DNA of 64,000 nt from Candidatus Poribacteria bacterium (lineage in GTDB: Bacteria > Poribacteria > WGA-4E > WGA-3G), in the NCBI GenBank assembly GCA_965205025.1, contig CBDBFU010000002.1, positions 64,001-128,000 on the forward strand. The letters are read 5' to 3'. The notes under the pieces are model-generated. The model had not been told where the DNA came from, searched no databases, and saw nothing but the letters and a program-made list of their open reading frames with translations. The first letter of the stretch is position 1. Each line of letters begins with the position of its first letter. Made by a program: the position numbers and the translations under genes. Below, piece after piece: positions 51,715 to 60,554 of this stretch.

Positions 51715-53132
51715 ATGTTAATGACACTGATTCGGAAAGAGATGATGCATCATATCCTGAGCGTTCGTTTTGTCGCATTGCTTTTGATGTGTCTCTTGCT
51801 TGTTCCTCTTACTCTGCACATTAATTACCGCACTTACCTACAAAACCAGATAAATTACCAGGAATCAGTCAAACTTTCTGGAGCAGAAGATGAGGAAAAG
51901 CCACCAGATACCCCCGCCCCGGGACTTGGAAGTTTCTAAACTCTTTCTTGAACCGACGCCTTTAAGCGTGTTTGCGAAAGGTTTAGAGGAATCCCTTCCG
52001 AGTTATCTTGGCATGACACGCAATGGGGTAAAACAAGGTTCAACTTCAACCGCAGATGCGCCTCTCTCCTCAGCTTTGGGAAACCTTGATTTTCTGTTTG
52101 TCGCCAGTACTGTCTTTAGTCTGCTGGCACTATTATTTACGTTTGATGCTGTCGCCGGTGAAAGAGAAGCAGGCACACTTCGGATTACCTTGGCAAACGC
52201 TCTCTCCCGCGATCTATTTTTGTGGAGCAAACTGATTGGTGGATACATTGTTTTCGTTGTTCCGTTCCTTGTATCGTTTCTCTTAGGTTTGCTCCTAATT
52301 GTCTCACAAGGATTTCCTTTGGGCGAGTCTGACATTTTTTCTACGCGTGCTCAGTTTGACTTTAGTTTCGTTGCTCTACATAGGTGTATTTTTTGCAATA
52401 GGAACAGTAATTTCTACTTTTTTAGATAATTCCAAGACAGCACTCATTGTCGCCTTTACAGTGTGGGTGCTTGCAGTATTAATTACGCCACGCGTTGGAT
52501 TTCTAACCGCTAAACTCATTGCACCGACACGCGCTGTGCAAAGCGTCTATATGGAAAAAAACTGCAATTCGGAAACAATCTCAATAAAGAAAAGGATGCA
52601 ATAGTCGTGAAAAAAATTATTGAAACTTTGGGAACTTCATTTGACTTTAATAAGAATGCCACTAAAAATCGCTGAAATCAGAAAACCGATTGATGCCGAA
52701 TATCGACAGAAATTTCAGGAACAGGTTGAAAAAGTGGAACGCGAGTATGAACGTGAAAAAAAGCGACAAGAATCGGTAGGAGAAACCATTTCACGAATCA
52801 CACCGACGTCTTCGCTCACATATCTCGTCATGAATTTAGCAGAGACCGGAAGAATCAAAAGAAACACCTATTTTCAAACAGGCACTCTTTATTATAACCA
52901 ACTTGAGGATGAGTATTTTAGTGAAATTGCAGATGACCAGTTTGCAGCAATAATGCGATTCACATCAAGTCAACCTTCCGAATCGAAAAAAATCGCTCCA
53001 CCGCCAGACATTATAGAAACCTCTTTATCAGAAACCCTTCGCCACTCCGTCACAGATCTACTCTTGCTCTGCTTCTTAGCCGTTGTGTTGACAACTGTGG
53101 CGTTTCTGAAATTCTTCCGTGTTGATATTTGA
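51715..53132 (+). pseudogene. Subfamily A permease with several frameshifts
   Basis: ORFs 51715..51939, 51890..52429, 52299..52604 and 52620..53132 tile one full-length paralog; breaks lie near C, T and A homopolymers. Confidence 0.85.
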
Positions 53133-53330
53133 AATAGTAGACTATTGTATGCCAACAAAACTAACCGCACAGGACATTTTTCTGATTTTTTATGAAAGAA
53201 TTATCTCAATAACAAGTGTCGGGACCGTGGATTGATGGATACGGTTAGAAGTCTCACTTACCAGGAAATTACGTAAGTCCTAAATATAAATTGAAGGTTT
53301 CTATCTCGATTTTACAATTTTCTCAAGTTA

Positions 53331-53357
53331 TGCAACTTTTTTACTTCAAATTGTGTC
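53331..53357 (+). promoter_or_regulatory. Putative autoregulatory ECF promoter
   Basis: TGCAAC-N17-TGTC, ~40 nt upstream of the ECF sigma start; degenerate copy at 54673 before a sigma remnant. Confidence 0.55.
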
Positions 53358-53394
53358 ATGTATATCGTAAGTCCATTTATTGTGGAGAACTTTG

Positions 53395-54513
53395 ATGATA
53401 AAAGACGATATTGAACTCATTAACAATACTTTGTCCGGCGACGATACAGCTTTCAATTCTTTAGTTGAAAAACACCAGAAGAATATCCACGCTCTCGCGT
53501 GGCAGAAAATAGGGGATTTTCACATTGCCGAAGAAATTACCCAAGATGTTTTCCTACTGGCATATAATAACCTGTCTACACTAAAAGACCCAAATAAGTT
53601 TGACAGATGGATATATGTAATTACGAAGCGACTTTGTACAAACTGGATCGAAAGGAAAAAACCGTCAATGCTATCCTTAGACGCCGCCGATAAAGCAACC
53701 TTGGACAAATCCGCTTTAGCACATTATGTTGCAGAACAACATGAGAAAGAGGCAACTGAGCATTACCGAGAAGTTGTGAATAATCTATTGGAAAAATTAT
53801 CTGATAAAGAACGTACGGTGATAGTACTCTATTACCTTCGTGAAATGTCATACAAAGAAATTAGCAAATTTCTGAATGTGTCTATCAGTGCGATTAAGAG
53901 TAGACTCAGCCGTGCCAGACAACGTTTGAAGGAGGAAGAACTGATGATTTGTGAAACTCTTGGCAGCATCCAGCCACCTATTGACTTAACCGATCATATA
54001 TTTTGTGATAGCATGGAATTCAAAGCGAACACACCATATTTTCAAGACGAGCATACAGAGTATACAGGGCCGCAAACTGTGAAAGCATTGATGAATGCCT
54101 TTGACACCGAGTTTGACAGTTGTATTACAAAAATCAAAGTGGGTATAATTGGAGGCAAATCAAGCAGTCTCACAATTAATGAGATAATTAATGAGATAGA
54201 TAAACGATATCCACGGACAAAGTGGCTTCAACTGATTTTGGAGAATGGACTTACCATAGAAAACTTTATGCATTATGCATCTTGTTTGTCTAAACGGCAT
54301 ATTTTGGCTTTTTTAGAAGACAACCCAGACTTTCAAAAAGTAAACTTTTTCGGTATACCCCCCATTCAAGATGACTGGGAAAAGTATAAAATAGCTTTTG
54401 TCAGAGATGTTATTGCCAGTGAGAAAATGGTTAGAGAACAAGATGGACAAAAGCATAAAGACGAGGTTGCAGACTCCGCATTAAAAAGGGCATTGGAACA
54501 TTGGAACGTTTAA
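53395..54513 (+). CDS. ECF sigma-70 factor with a C-terminal extension
   Basis: Region 2 (AEEITQDVF...FDRWIY.I) and region 4 (MSYKEIS..L.VS...IKSRLSRAR); extension begins YTGPQTVKALM. Confidence 0.9.
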   Translation: MIKDDIELINNTLSGDDTAFNSLVEKHQKNIHALAWQKIGDFHIAEEITQDVFLLAYNNLSTLKDPNKFDRWIYVITKRLCTNWIERKKPSMLSLDAADKATLDKSALAHYVAEQHEKEATEHYREVVNNLLEKLSDKERTVIVLYYLREMSYKEISKFLNVSISAIKSRLSRARQRLKEEELMICETLGSIQPPIDLTDHIFCDSMEFKANTPYFQDEHTEYTGPQTVKALMNAFDTEFDSCITKIKVGIIGGKSSSLTINEIINEIDKRYPRTKWLQLILENGLTIENFMHYASCLSKRHILAFLEDNPDFQKVNFFGIPPIQDDWEKYKIAFVRDVIASEKMVREQDGQKHKDEVADSALKRALEHWNV

Positions 54514-54739
54514 AATCTTGTCCGTAGCAGCTTGAGTTATTTCAATAGCACCCGCAAGTACAAGTTTTGTAAATCATGAGGGTAGTTATACCAAATTAAC
54601 ACGATTCGTCTCGGTAGGTGCGGTTTCCTGGGGATGGTCGAGTATTTATTATATGAAAATAAAATCTCAATTATGCACGTTTTTTATCTTTAAATTGTGT
54701 CATGTATTATCGTAAACATTTCGATTGTGGAGTAGACTC

Positions 54740-54793
54740 ATGAATAAAACAGATGTTGAACTTATTAACAGTATCCTATCAGGGGATAATTAG
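54740..54793 (+). pseudogene. 5' remnant of a second ECF sigma gene with its upstream region
   Basis: MNKTDVELINSILSGDN* versus MIKDDIELINNTLSGDD; upstream 54671-54739 resembles 53328-53394. Confidence 0.7.
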
Positions 54794-54848
54794 GCTTAAG
54801 ATAAATCCAGTTAATTTGGTACTATACCTGATATTTGGAGAATGCAAA

Positions 54849-55322
54849 ATGCTACTAACGCTAATTCGAAAAGAGATAATGCATCATATTCTGAGCATTC
54901 GATTTATTGTACTGCTTTTGATGTGTCTTTCACTTGTCCTACTCACCTTTTCCATTAATTATCAAAATTACCGTCAGAACCTCGTTGACTATCAAGAAGC
55001 TGTCAAACTTGCCAACACCGAAAAAGCTAAAGTTAACACGAACATGGAACTGAAACCGGAGTTGGAAAATCCACAACTCTTTCTGAAACCAACACCGCTG
55101 AGCGTGTTCGCTAACGATTTAGGAGATGCACTACCGAGCTATCTTGGTATGACACGCAACGGCATCACACAAGGACCACTTGCACTGGTTTCCGCTTCAC
55201 TTTCCTATCTTTTGGGACATCTTGACTTTCTTTTTCTTATCGGCACTGTTTTCAGTTTGCTCGCGATCTTGTTTACTTTTGATGCCGTAAGTAAATTTTT
55301 TCGGTATACCCGTTCAAGATGA
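54849..55322 (+). pseudogene. Truncated subfamily A permease
   Basis: Closely matches the first ~145 aa of 58174..59595 up to FTFDAV, then switches into ECF-extension-derived sequence. Confidence 0.85.
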
Positions 55323-55431
55323 CTGGAACAAATACCAAACGAATTTTCTCAATAGGATTATTGCCAATGAGAAAATGGTTAGAGAACAAGAGAAACAGAG
55401 GCATAAAGATAAGGGAACTGCAGACTCCGCA
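55291..55431 (+). pseudogene. 3' remnant of an ECF sigma extension
   Basis: Homologous to 54340-54480 (TTTTTCGGTATACC..TTCAAGATGACTGG..GAGAAAATGGTTAGAGAACAAGA..TGCAGACTCCGCA). Confidence 0.8.
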
Positions 55432-55486
55432 ACATAATGACTGAGAAAATAAAATTATGGTAATCCTGATATATGGAGAATGCTAA

Positions 55487-56905
55487 ATGTTGCTACCACT
55501 AATTCGAAAAGAGATGATGCATCATATCCTGAGCGTTCGATTTATTGTACTGCTTCTGATGTGTCTTTTGCTTGTTCCACTAACCCTTTCTATCAATTAT
55601 CAAAATTACCTCCAAAATCTTGTTGACTATCAAGAAGCGGTTAAACTGGCAAATATTGAAGAGAAGACAGTAAACCCCAAGATGCCGCTGGAACCGGATA
55701 TTGAGGTTTCTAAACTCTTTCTCAAACCGACACCTTTGAGTGTATTTGCAAAAGGATTAGGAGACGCGCTGCCAAGTTACCTTGGCATGTCCCGTAATGG
55801 GATTATTCAAGGAGTTTCAACTTTGGTTTCGGATTCGCTTCCCTATCTTTTCGGACATCTCGACTTTCTTTTTCTTGTAGGCACTGTTTTCAGTTTGCTC
55901 GCGCTGCTATTTACCTTTGATGTAGTTGCCGGAGAACGAGAAGCGGGTACCCTTCGGATCACCTTGGCAAATTCTCTGCCGCGTGACCTTTTTCTGTGGA
56001 GTAAATTAATTGGCGGATATATAGTGTTTGTAGTGCCGTTTTTGGTATCCTTTCTATTCGGCTTATTGGTACTTGTTTGGCAAGGTTTTCCCCTCGGTGA
56101 ACCCGAAATTTTTCCACTAGTGATCAGTCTAACCCTTGTCTCGCTGCTCTATATTGCTGTCTTCTTTGCGATAGGTACAGTCATTTCAACCTACTTAGAT
56201 AATTCCAAGACTGCCCTCATCATAGCCTTTACGGTTTGGGTATTTGCTGTACTAATTACACCACGTGTTGGGTTTATCGCGGCAAAAATCATCGCCCCGA
56301 CACAAACTTTACAGAGTGTCTATCTGAATAAAACGGCTCTCCGTGAGAATTTCAACGCAGAACTTGAAGAGAAAAAAAGGGAAATATACAAAGAACTCTG
56401 GCAGAATCGTCGGCAACCTTCCTATGAAGAACAGGGGGAAATCGGAGAACAGGTGGATGAACAGATGAAACCTCTCGAAGAGAAATTTCGGCAGAAATTC
56501 AAAGAGCACGCTGATGAAATAGATCGAAACTATCAGCGTGAAAAGAAGCACCAAGAACAGGTAGGTGAAACGCTTTCACGAATCACACCGATATCCTCCC
56601 TAACCTATCTCGCTACAAATTTAACACAGACTGGAAAACGAAAGAGAAACGATTACTTTCAAGCAGGTGAGCATTACTATGATGCGCTTGATACGGATGT
56701 GTTCAGTAAAATTATAGATCATGCTGAGATAAGAATGTTCCATCCAAAGACCGACATCGTCAAAATCAGGCAGCCATCATTTTTGGAAACCCCAACCTTA
56801 AGAGAGACATTCCGTCAATCGGTGGTGGATGTCCTGCTGCTCTGCTTTTTTGCGGTCATATTGACAACTGTGGCGTTTCTGAAATTCTTCCGTTCGGATA
56901 TTTGA
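55487..56905 (+). CDS. ABC-2 type transporter permease, subfamily A
   Basis: MLLPLIRKEMMHH; AGEREAGTLRITLAN; ends FFRSDI. Confidence 0.88.
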   Translation: MLLPLIRKEMMHHILSVRFIVLLLMCLLLVPLTLSINYQNYLQNLVDYQEAVKLANIEEKTVNPKMPLEPDIEVSKLFLKPTPLSVFAKGLGDALPSYLGMSRNGIIQGVSTLVSDSLPYLFGHLDFLFLVGTVFSLLALLFTFDVVAGEREAGTLRITLANSLPRDLFLWSKLIGGYIVFVVPFLVSFLFGLLVLVWQGFPLGEPEIFPLVISLTLVSLLYIAVFFAIGTVISTYLDNSKTALIIAFTVWVFAVLITPRVGFIAAKIIAPTQTLQSVYLNKTALRENFNAELEEKKREIYKELWQNRRQPSYEEQGEIGEQVDEQMKPLEEKFRQKFKEHADEIDRNYQREKKHQEQVGETLSRITPISSLTYLATNLTQTGKRKRNDYFQAGEHYYDALDTDVFSKIIDHAEIRMFHPKTDIVKIRQPSFLETPTLRETFRQSVVDVLLLCFFAVILTTVAFLKFFRSDI

Positions 56906-56977
56906 TACTGATAGACAAATTGAAGAATTTTCCCAGAATTGAGCTTGCTTCTCATGATACCTTTGTTGTACTTTTTC

Positions 56978-57003
56978 TGCAACTTTTCTGGAAAGATTGT
57001 GTA
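56978..57003 (+). promoter_or_regulatory. Putative ECF sigma promoter
   Basis: TGCAAC-N16-TGTA upstream of secreted protein 57090. Confidence 0.45.
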
Positions 57004-57089
57004 AAACAATTAACAAAGGTTTGATGGCACAAAAGTGTGCTTATAAGCGGAGATAGCACTCAATAATTTACACTAACAAAGGAGACATT

Positions 57090-58013
57090 ATGAACGGTAA
57101 AATCACTATGCGGATACTTTCACTTTTGACAGTTCTGGGTATAACTATCTTTTTTGGATCGGAAGCGAACTCAGAAACACCAGAGAATACAGAAGGGTAC
57201 GGTTTGATTGAAAAGACAGAAATAACGAACAATTCTGGAAAGTTCAGTTTAAGTGAAATGACAAAATTAACGAAAGGCACACTAAGTACCATTAAAGACT
57301 ATACTGGGCCGCAAACCGCGCAAGCATTGATAGAAACGTTTGATAATATTTACAATCACAACCATTTAAAAACCACAGTGGCAGTGATTGTATACCGTAA
57401 AACCGACAGTGGAACTATTCTAAAAAACGGAAAAAGACATGTCAGCCAGTTTACAAACGAAGAAATTGACACACGATATCCGAAAGCAGCATGGCTTCAG
57501 CTTCTTTTAGACAACGGTATAACCATAGAAAATTTCGGAGATTATACATCTTATCTGTCAAAGCGATACACTTTGGCTTTTCTGAAAGACAATCCTAGTC
57601 TTCGCAACCCTGGGATGATCCACATTCCACCAACAGATAATTGGGAAGCTTATAAAGCCGCTTTTCATAATTGGGAAGCTTATAAAGCCGCTTTTATCTA
57701 TAAGTTGGTAAACAGACATATTAAGAAGATACAGGAAGCAGCAGAACGGGCTGAACGGAGAAAAGAACAGGGTGAACAGGGTAAGGAACAAGTTAAACAA
57801 GTAATGGCAGAGATTGAACGTGCTAAAGCGCAATTTGAACGAGCCAAGGAACAAATTGAACGGGCAAAGAATAAGTTCAATTCACAACAACTTGAAAACG
57901 TTAGGAAACAGATTGAACACTTACGAGAGACCTTAGAACGTCTTAAAGAATCAATGCCTTCTCAGAATCCAAAACAAAAGATGAAAAAGAAACCTCGCAC
58001 TATCCAGATATAG
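57090..58013 (+). CDS. Secreted protein, paralog of 46431..47225
   Basis: Signal peptide; YTGPQTAQALI...YPKAAWLQLLL; shared tail AKNKFNSQQLENVRKQIEH...KQKMKKKPRTIQI. Confidence 0.8.
   Translation: MNGKITMRILSLLTVLGITIFFGSEANSETPENTEGYGLIEKTEITNNSGKFSLSEMTKLTKGTLSTIKDYTGPQTAQALIETFDNIYNHNHLKTTVAVIVYRKTDSGTILKNGKRHVSQFTNEEIDTRYPKAAWLQLLLDNGITIENFGDYTSYLSKRYTLAFLKDNPSLRNPGMIHIPPTDNWEAYKAAFHNWEAYKAAFIYKLVNRHIKKIQEAAERAERRKEQGEQGKEQVKQVMAEIERAKAQFERAKEQIERAKNKFNSQQLENVRKQIEHLRETLERLKESMPSQNPKQKMKKKPRTIQI
57637..57695 (+). repeat. 30-bp in-frame tandem duplication
   Basis: ATAATTGGGAAGCTTATAAAGCCGCTTTT twice (NWEAYKAAF x2). Confidence 0.9.
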
Positions 58014-58173
58014 TATAATGCCATAGACCTTTACGGACGACTCTGTATTCATTAATATTAATAAAACTTGCACACCTAACGTATTTGCTTGTTTAGTTGT
58101 TATAACCGCCCTGCAATACAGGTTTTGTGAGTCAGGAAGGGTTGTTTTTGCCATCATATATGGAGAATGCTAA

Positions 58174-59595
58174 ATGTTACTAACGCTAATTCGTAAAGAG
58201 ATGATGCATCATATCCTGAGCATTCGGTTTATCGTCCTACTTTTGATGTGTCTGTTACTTGTCCCACTCACCCTTTCCATTAATTATCAAAATTACCGTC
58301 AGAACCTTGTTGACTATCAAGAAACTGTCAAACTTGCCAACACCGAAGAAAACAAAGTTAACACAAACATGGAACTGAAACCGGAGTTGGAAGTTTCAAA
58401 ACTTTTTCTGAAACCAACACCGCTGAGCGTGTTTGCTAACGGATTAGGCGATGCGCTGCCGAGTTATCTTGGTATGACACGCAACGGCATAACACAAGGA
58501 CCCCCTGCGTTGGTTTCCGCTTCACTCTCCTATCTTTTGGGACATCTTGACTTTCTTTTTCTTATCGGCACTGTTTTCAGTTTGCTCGCGCTCCTGTTTA
58601 CTTTTGATGCCGTTGCAGGTGAAAGGGAAGCTGGAACACTCCGGATAACTTTGGCAAATTCCTTGCCACGCGACCTGTTTTTGTGGAGCAAATTGATCGG
58701 TGGATACATTGTGTTCGTTATCCCATTTTTAGTGTCACTCCTATTCGGTTTGCTGTTATTAGTTGCGCAAGGATTCCCGTTGGGTGAGTCGGAGATTTTC
58801 CCTCGAGTCCTCAGTCTTACACTTGTCTCTTTAATCTACATTGCAGTCTTTTTTGCGATAGGCACGGTGATTTCAACCTACATAGACAATTCTAAGACAG
58901 CACTCATCGTCGCGTTTGCCGTATGGGTATTTGCTGTACTAATTACACCACGTGTTGGATTTATCGTGGCAAAAATCATCGTACCGACACAAACTTTACA
59001 GAGTATCTATCTGGAAAAGACAGTCGCCCGCGAGAATATCAATGCAGAAAAGAAAGGAAAGAGGGATAAGATACATGAAGAGGTTTGGAAGGGACACTCT
59101 CACTCTCAAAGTTCTTTTGAAGAACAGATCGCATTGGGACAAGAGATTGATAAACAAATGGAACCGATTCATGAGGAATTTCGACAGAAATTCAATGACA
59201 GTGTTGACGAGATAGACCGACGATATGAACGTGAACAAGCAAGACAAGAAGGCGTAACTGAAACACTATCCCGCATTTCACCGACATCCTCTCTCATTTA
59301 TCTCACTACAAACTTGACACAGACCGGAAAAACGAAAAGGAAAAACTACTTTCAAGCTGGGGAACGCTACTATGTTGCGCTTGATGAAGATTGGTTTAGT
59401 AAAGTCGTAGACAATCTCTCCTTTAGAACGATGGATCCAAAGAAAAACATCCAAATTACGCAGCCACCTCCTTTGGAAACTCCAACCTTAGTTGACACAT
59501 TTCGTCAATCCTTAGTAGATGTACTGATGCTCTGTTTCTTTTCGGTTGTGTTGACAACTGTGGCGTTTCTGAAATTCTTCCGTGTTGATATTTGA
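58174..59595 (+). CDS. ABC-2 type transporter permease, subfamily A
   Basis: MLLTLIRKEMMHH; FDAVAGEREAGT; ends FFRVDI. Confidence 0.88.
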   Translation: MLLTLIRKEMMHHILSIRFIVLLLMCLLLVPLTLSINYQNYRQNLVDYQETVKLANTEENKVNTNMELKPELEVSKLFLKPTPLSVFANGLGDALPSYLGMTRNGITQGPPALVSASLSYLLGHLDFLFLIGTVFSLLALLFTFDAVAGEREAGTLRITLANSLPRDLFLWSKLIGGYIVFVIPFLVSLLFGLLLLVAQGFPLGESEIFPRVLSLTLVSLIYIAVFFAIGTVISTYIDNSKTALIVAFAVWVFAVLITPRVGFIVAKIIVPTQTLQSIYLEKTVARENINAEKKGKRDKIHEEVWKGHSHSQSSFEEQIALGQEIDKQMEPIHEEFRQKFNDSVDEIDRRYEREQARQEGVTETLSRISPTSSLIYLTTNLTQTGKTKRKNYFQAGERYYVALDEDWFSKVVDNLSFRTMDPKKNIQITQPPPLETPTLVDTFRQSLVDVLMLCFFSVVLTTVAFLKFFRVDI

Positions 59596-59727
59596 AATAG
59601 AAGACTATTGTATGCCAACAAAACTAACCGTACAGGACATTTTTCTGATTTTTTTTGAAAGAATTATCTCAATAACAAGTGTCGGTATCGTGGATTGTTT
59701 AAGGACAGACCACATCATTAAAATTAA

Positions 59728-59756
59728 TGCAACCTTTATACCATAAAACGCGTCTA
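59728..59756 (+). promoter_or_regulatory. Putative ECF sigma promoter for the ATPase-NEW3-TolC operon
   Basis: TGCAAC-N17-CGTCTA, the canonical ECF AAC...CGT arrangement. Confidence 0.55.
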
Positions 59757-59819
59757 AGCAACATAAGTTCATGTTGCTTGAATATCCAGAATAGAACACA
59801 AGATTACAAGGAGTACCAG

Positions 59820-60554
59820 ATGTTAGAAACGCGCGAACTAACTAAAGTCTATAACGAGGAAGTTTTAGCTGTCAATAAACTAAACCTAAAAGTCGAAGAT
59901 GGGGAAATCTATGTTGTTCTGGGAGCAAACGGGGCAGGCAAAAGCACAACTATATCCATGTTATTGAATTTCATTGAACCCACAAGCGGTACTGCACTGG
60001 TGGGTGACATTGAAATCCCTAAGTTCCCATTGGAAGCAAAAAAACATCTCGCTTATGTTTCTGAAAACGTTGAACTCTACAGGAATTTTACTGCGCGTCA
60101 GAACTTATCCTTTTTCGCTAAATTAGGCGGTAAAAAGAAGGTCTCAAACGATGAGTTGGATGCTACACTCGAAAGAGTTGGATTACCTAAAGAAGCATTT
60201 ACGAGACGAGTAAAGACATTTTCAAAGGGAATGCGTCAACGTCTTGGAATCGCAATTGCCATTATGAAAGACGCACAAGCTGTATTGCTTGATGAGCCAA
60301 CTTCCGGACTTGATCCTAAAGGTGGCGCGGATTTCCTGAATCTATTGCGTGAATTAAAAGAGGAAGGGAAAGCTATCTTTATGTCTACCCACGATATTTT
60401 CCGTGCGAAAGAAATTGCGGATAGAATTGGAATTCTTGTACAGGGAAATCTTGAACAAGAATTATCCAGAGATGAAATCCAAGATGCTGATCTGGAAGCA
60501 CTATATCTGCATTATGTGGCTGGATATGAACCATCAGAAGACCCCAGTCCGTAA
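59820..60554 (+). CDS. ABC transporter ATP-binding protein (ABC-2/DrrA-like)
   Basis: GANGAGKST, FSKGMRQR, LLDEPTSGLD and STH motifs; AAGGAG RBS. Confidence 0.95.
   Translation: MLETRELTKVYNEEVLAVNKLNLKVEDGEIYVVLGANGAGKSTTISMLLNFIEPTSGTALVGDIEIPKFPLEAKKHLAYVSENVELYRNFTARQNLSFFAKLGGKKKVSNDELDATLERVGLPKEAFTRRVKTFSKGMRQRLGIAIAIMKDAQAVLLDEPTSGLDPKGGADFLNLLRELKEEGKAIFMSTHDIFRAKEIADRIGILVQGNLEQELSRDEIQDADLEALYLHYVAGYEPSEDPSP

Noticed and set aside
51715-53132. Programmed frameshifting in the broken permease
   Set aside because: Several breaks at unrelated homopolymers; decay or sequencing error is simpler
54849-58610. Truncated permease copy as a DGR template repeat for 58174
   Set aside because: Mismatches involve all bases rather than only adenines, and no reverse transcriptase is in the window
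35182-59595. Integron cassette array or shufflon explanation for the permease array
   Set aside because: No integrase or invertase, no regular attC-like sites between genes, and all copies are co-oriented
35182-59595. Permease C-termini (SEV, TEV, SDI) as eukaryotic PDZ-binding mimics
   Set aside because: F.(R/K).(D/E)(I/V) endings are common in ABC-2 permeases and face the bacterial cytoplasm
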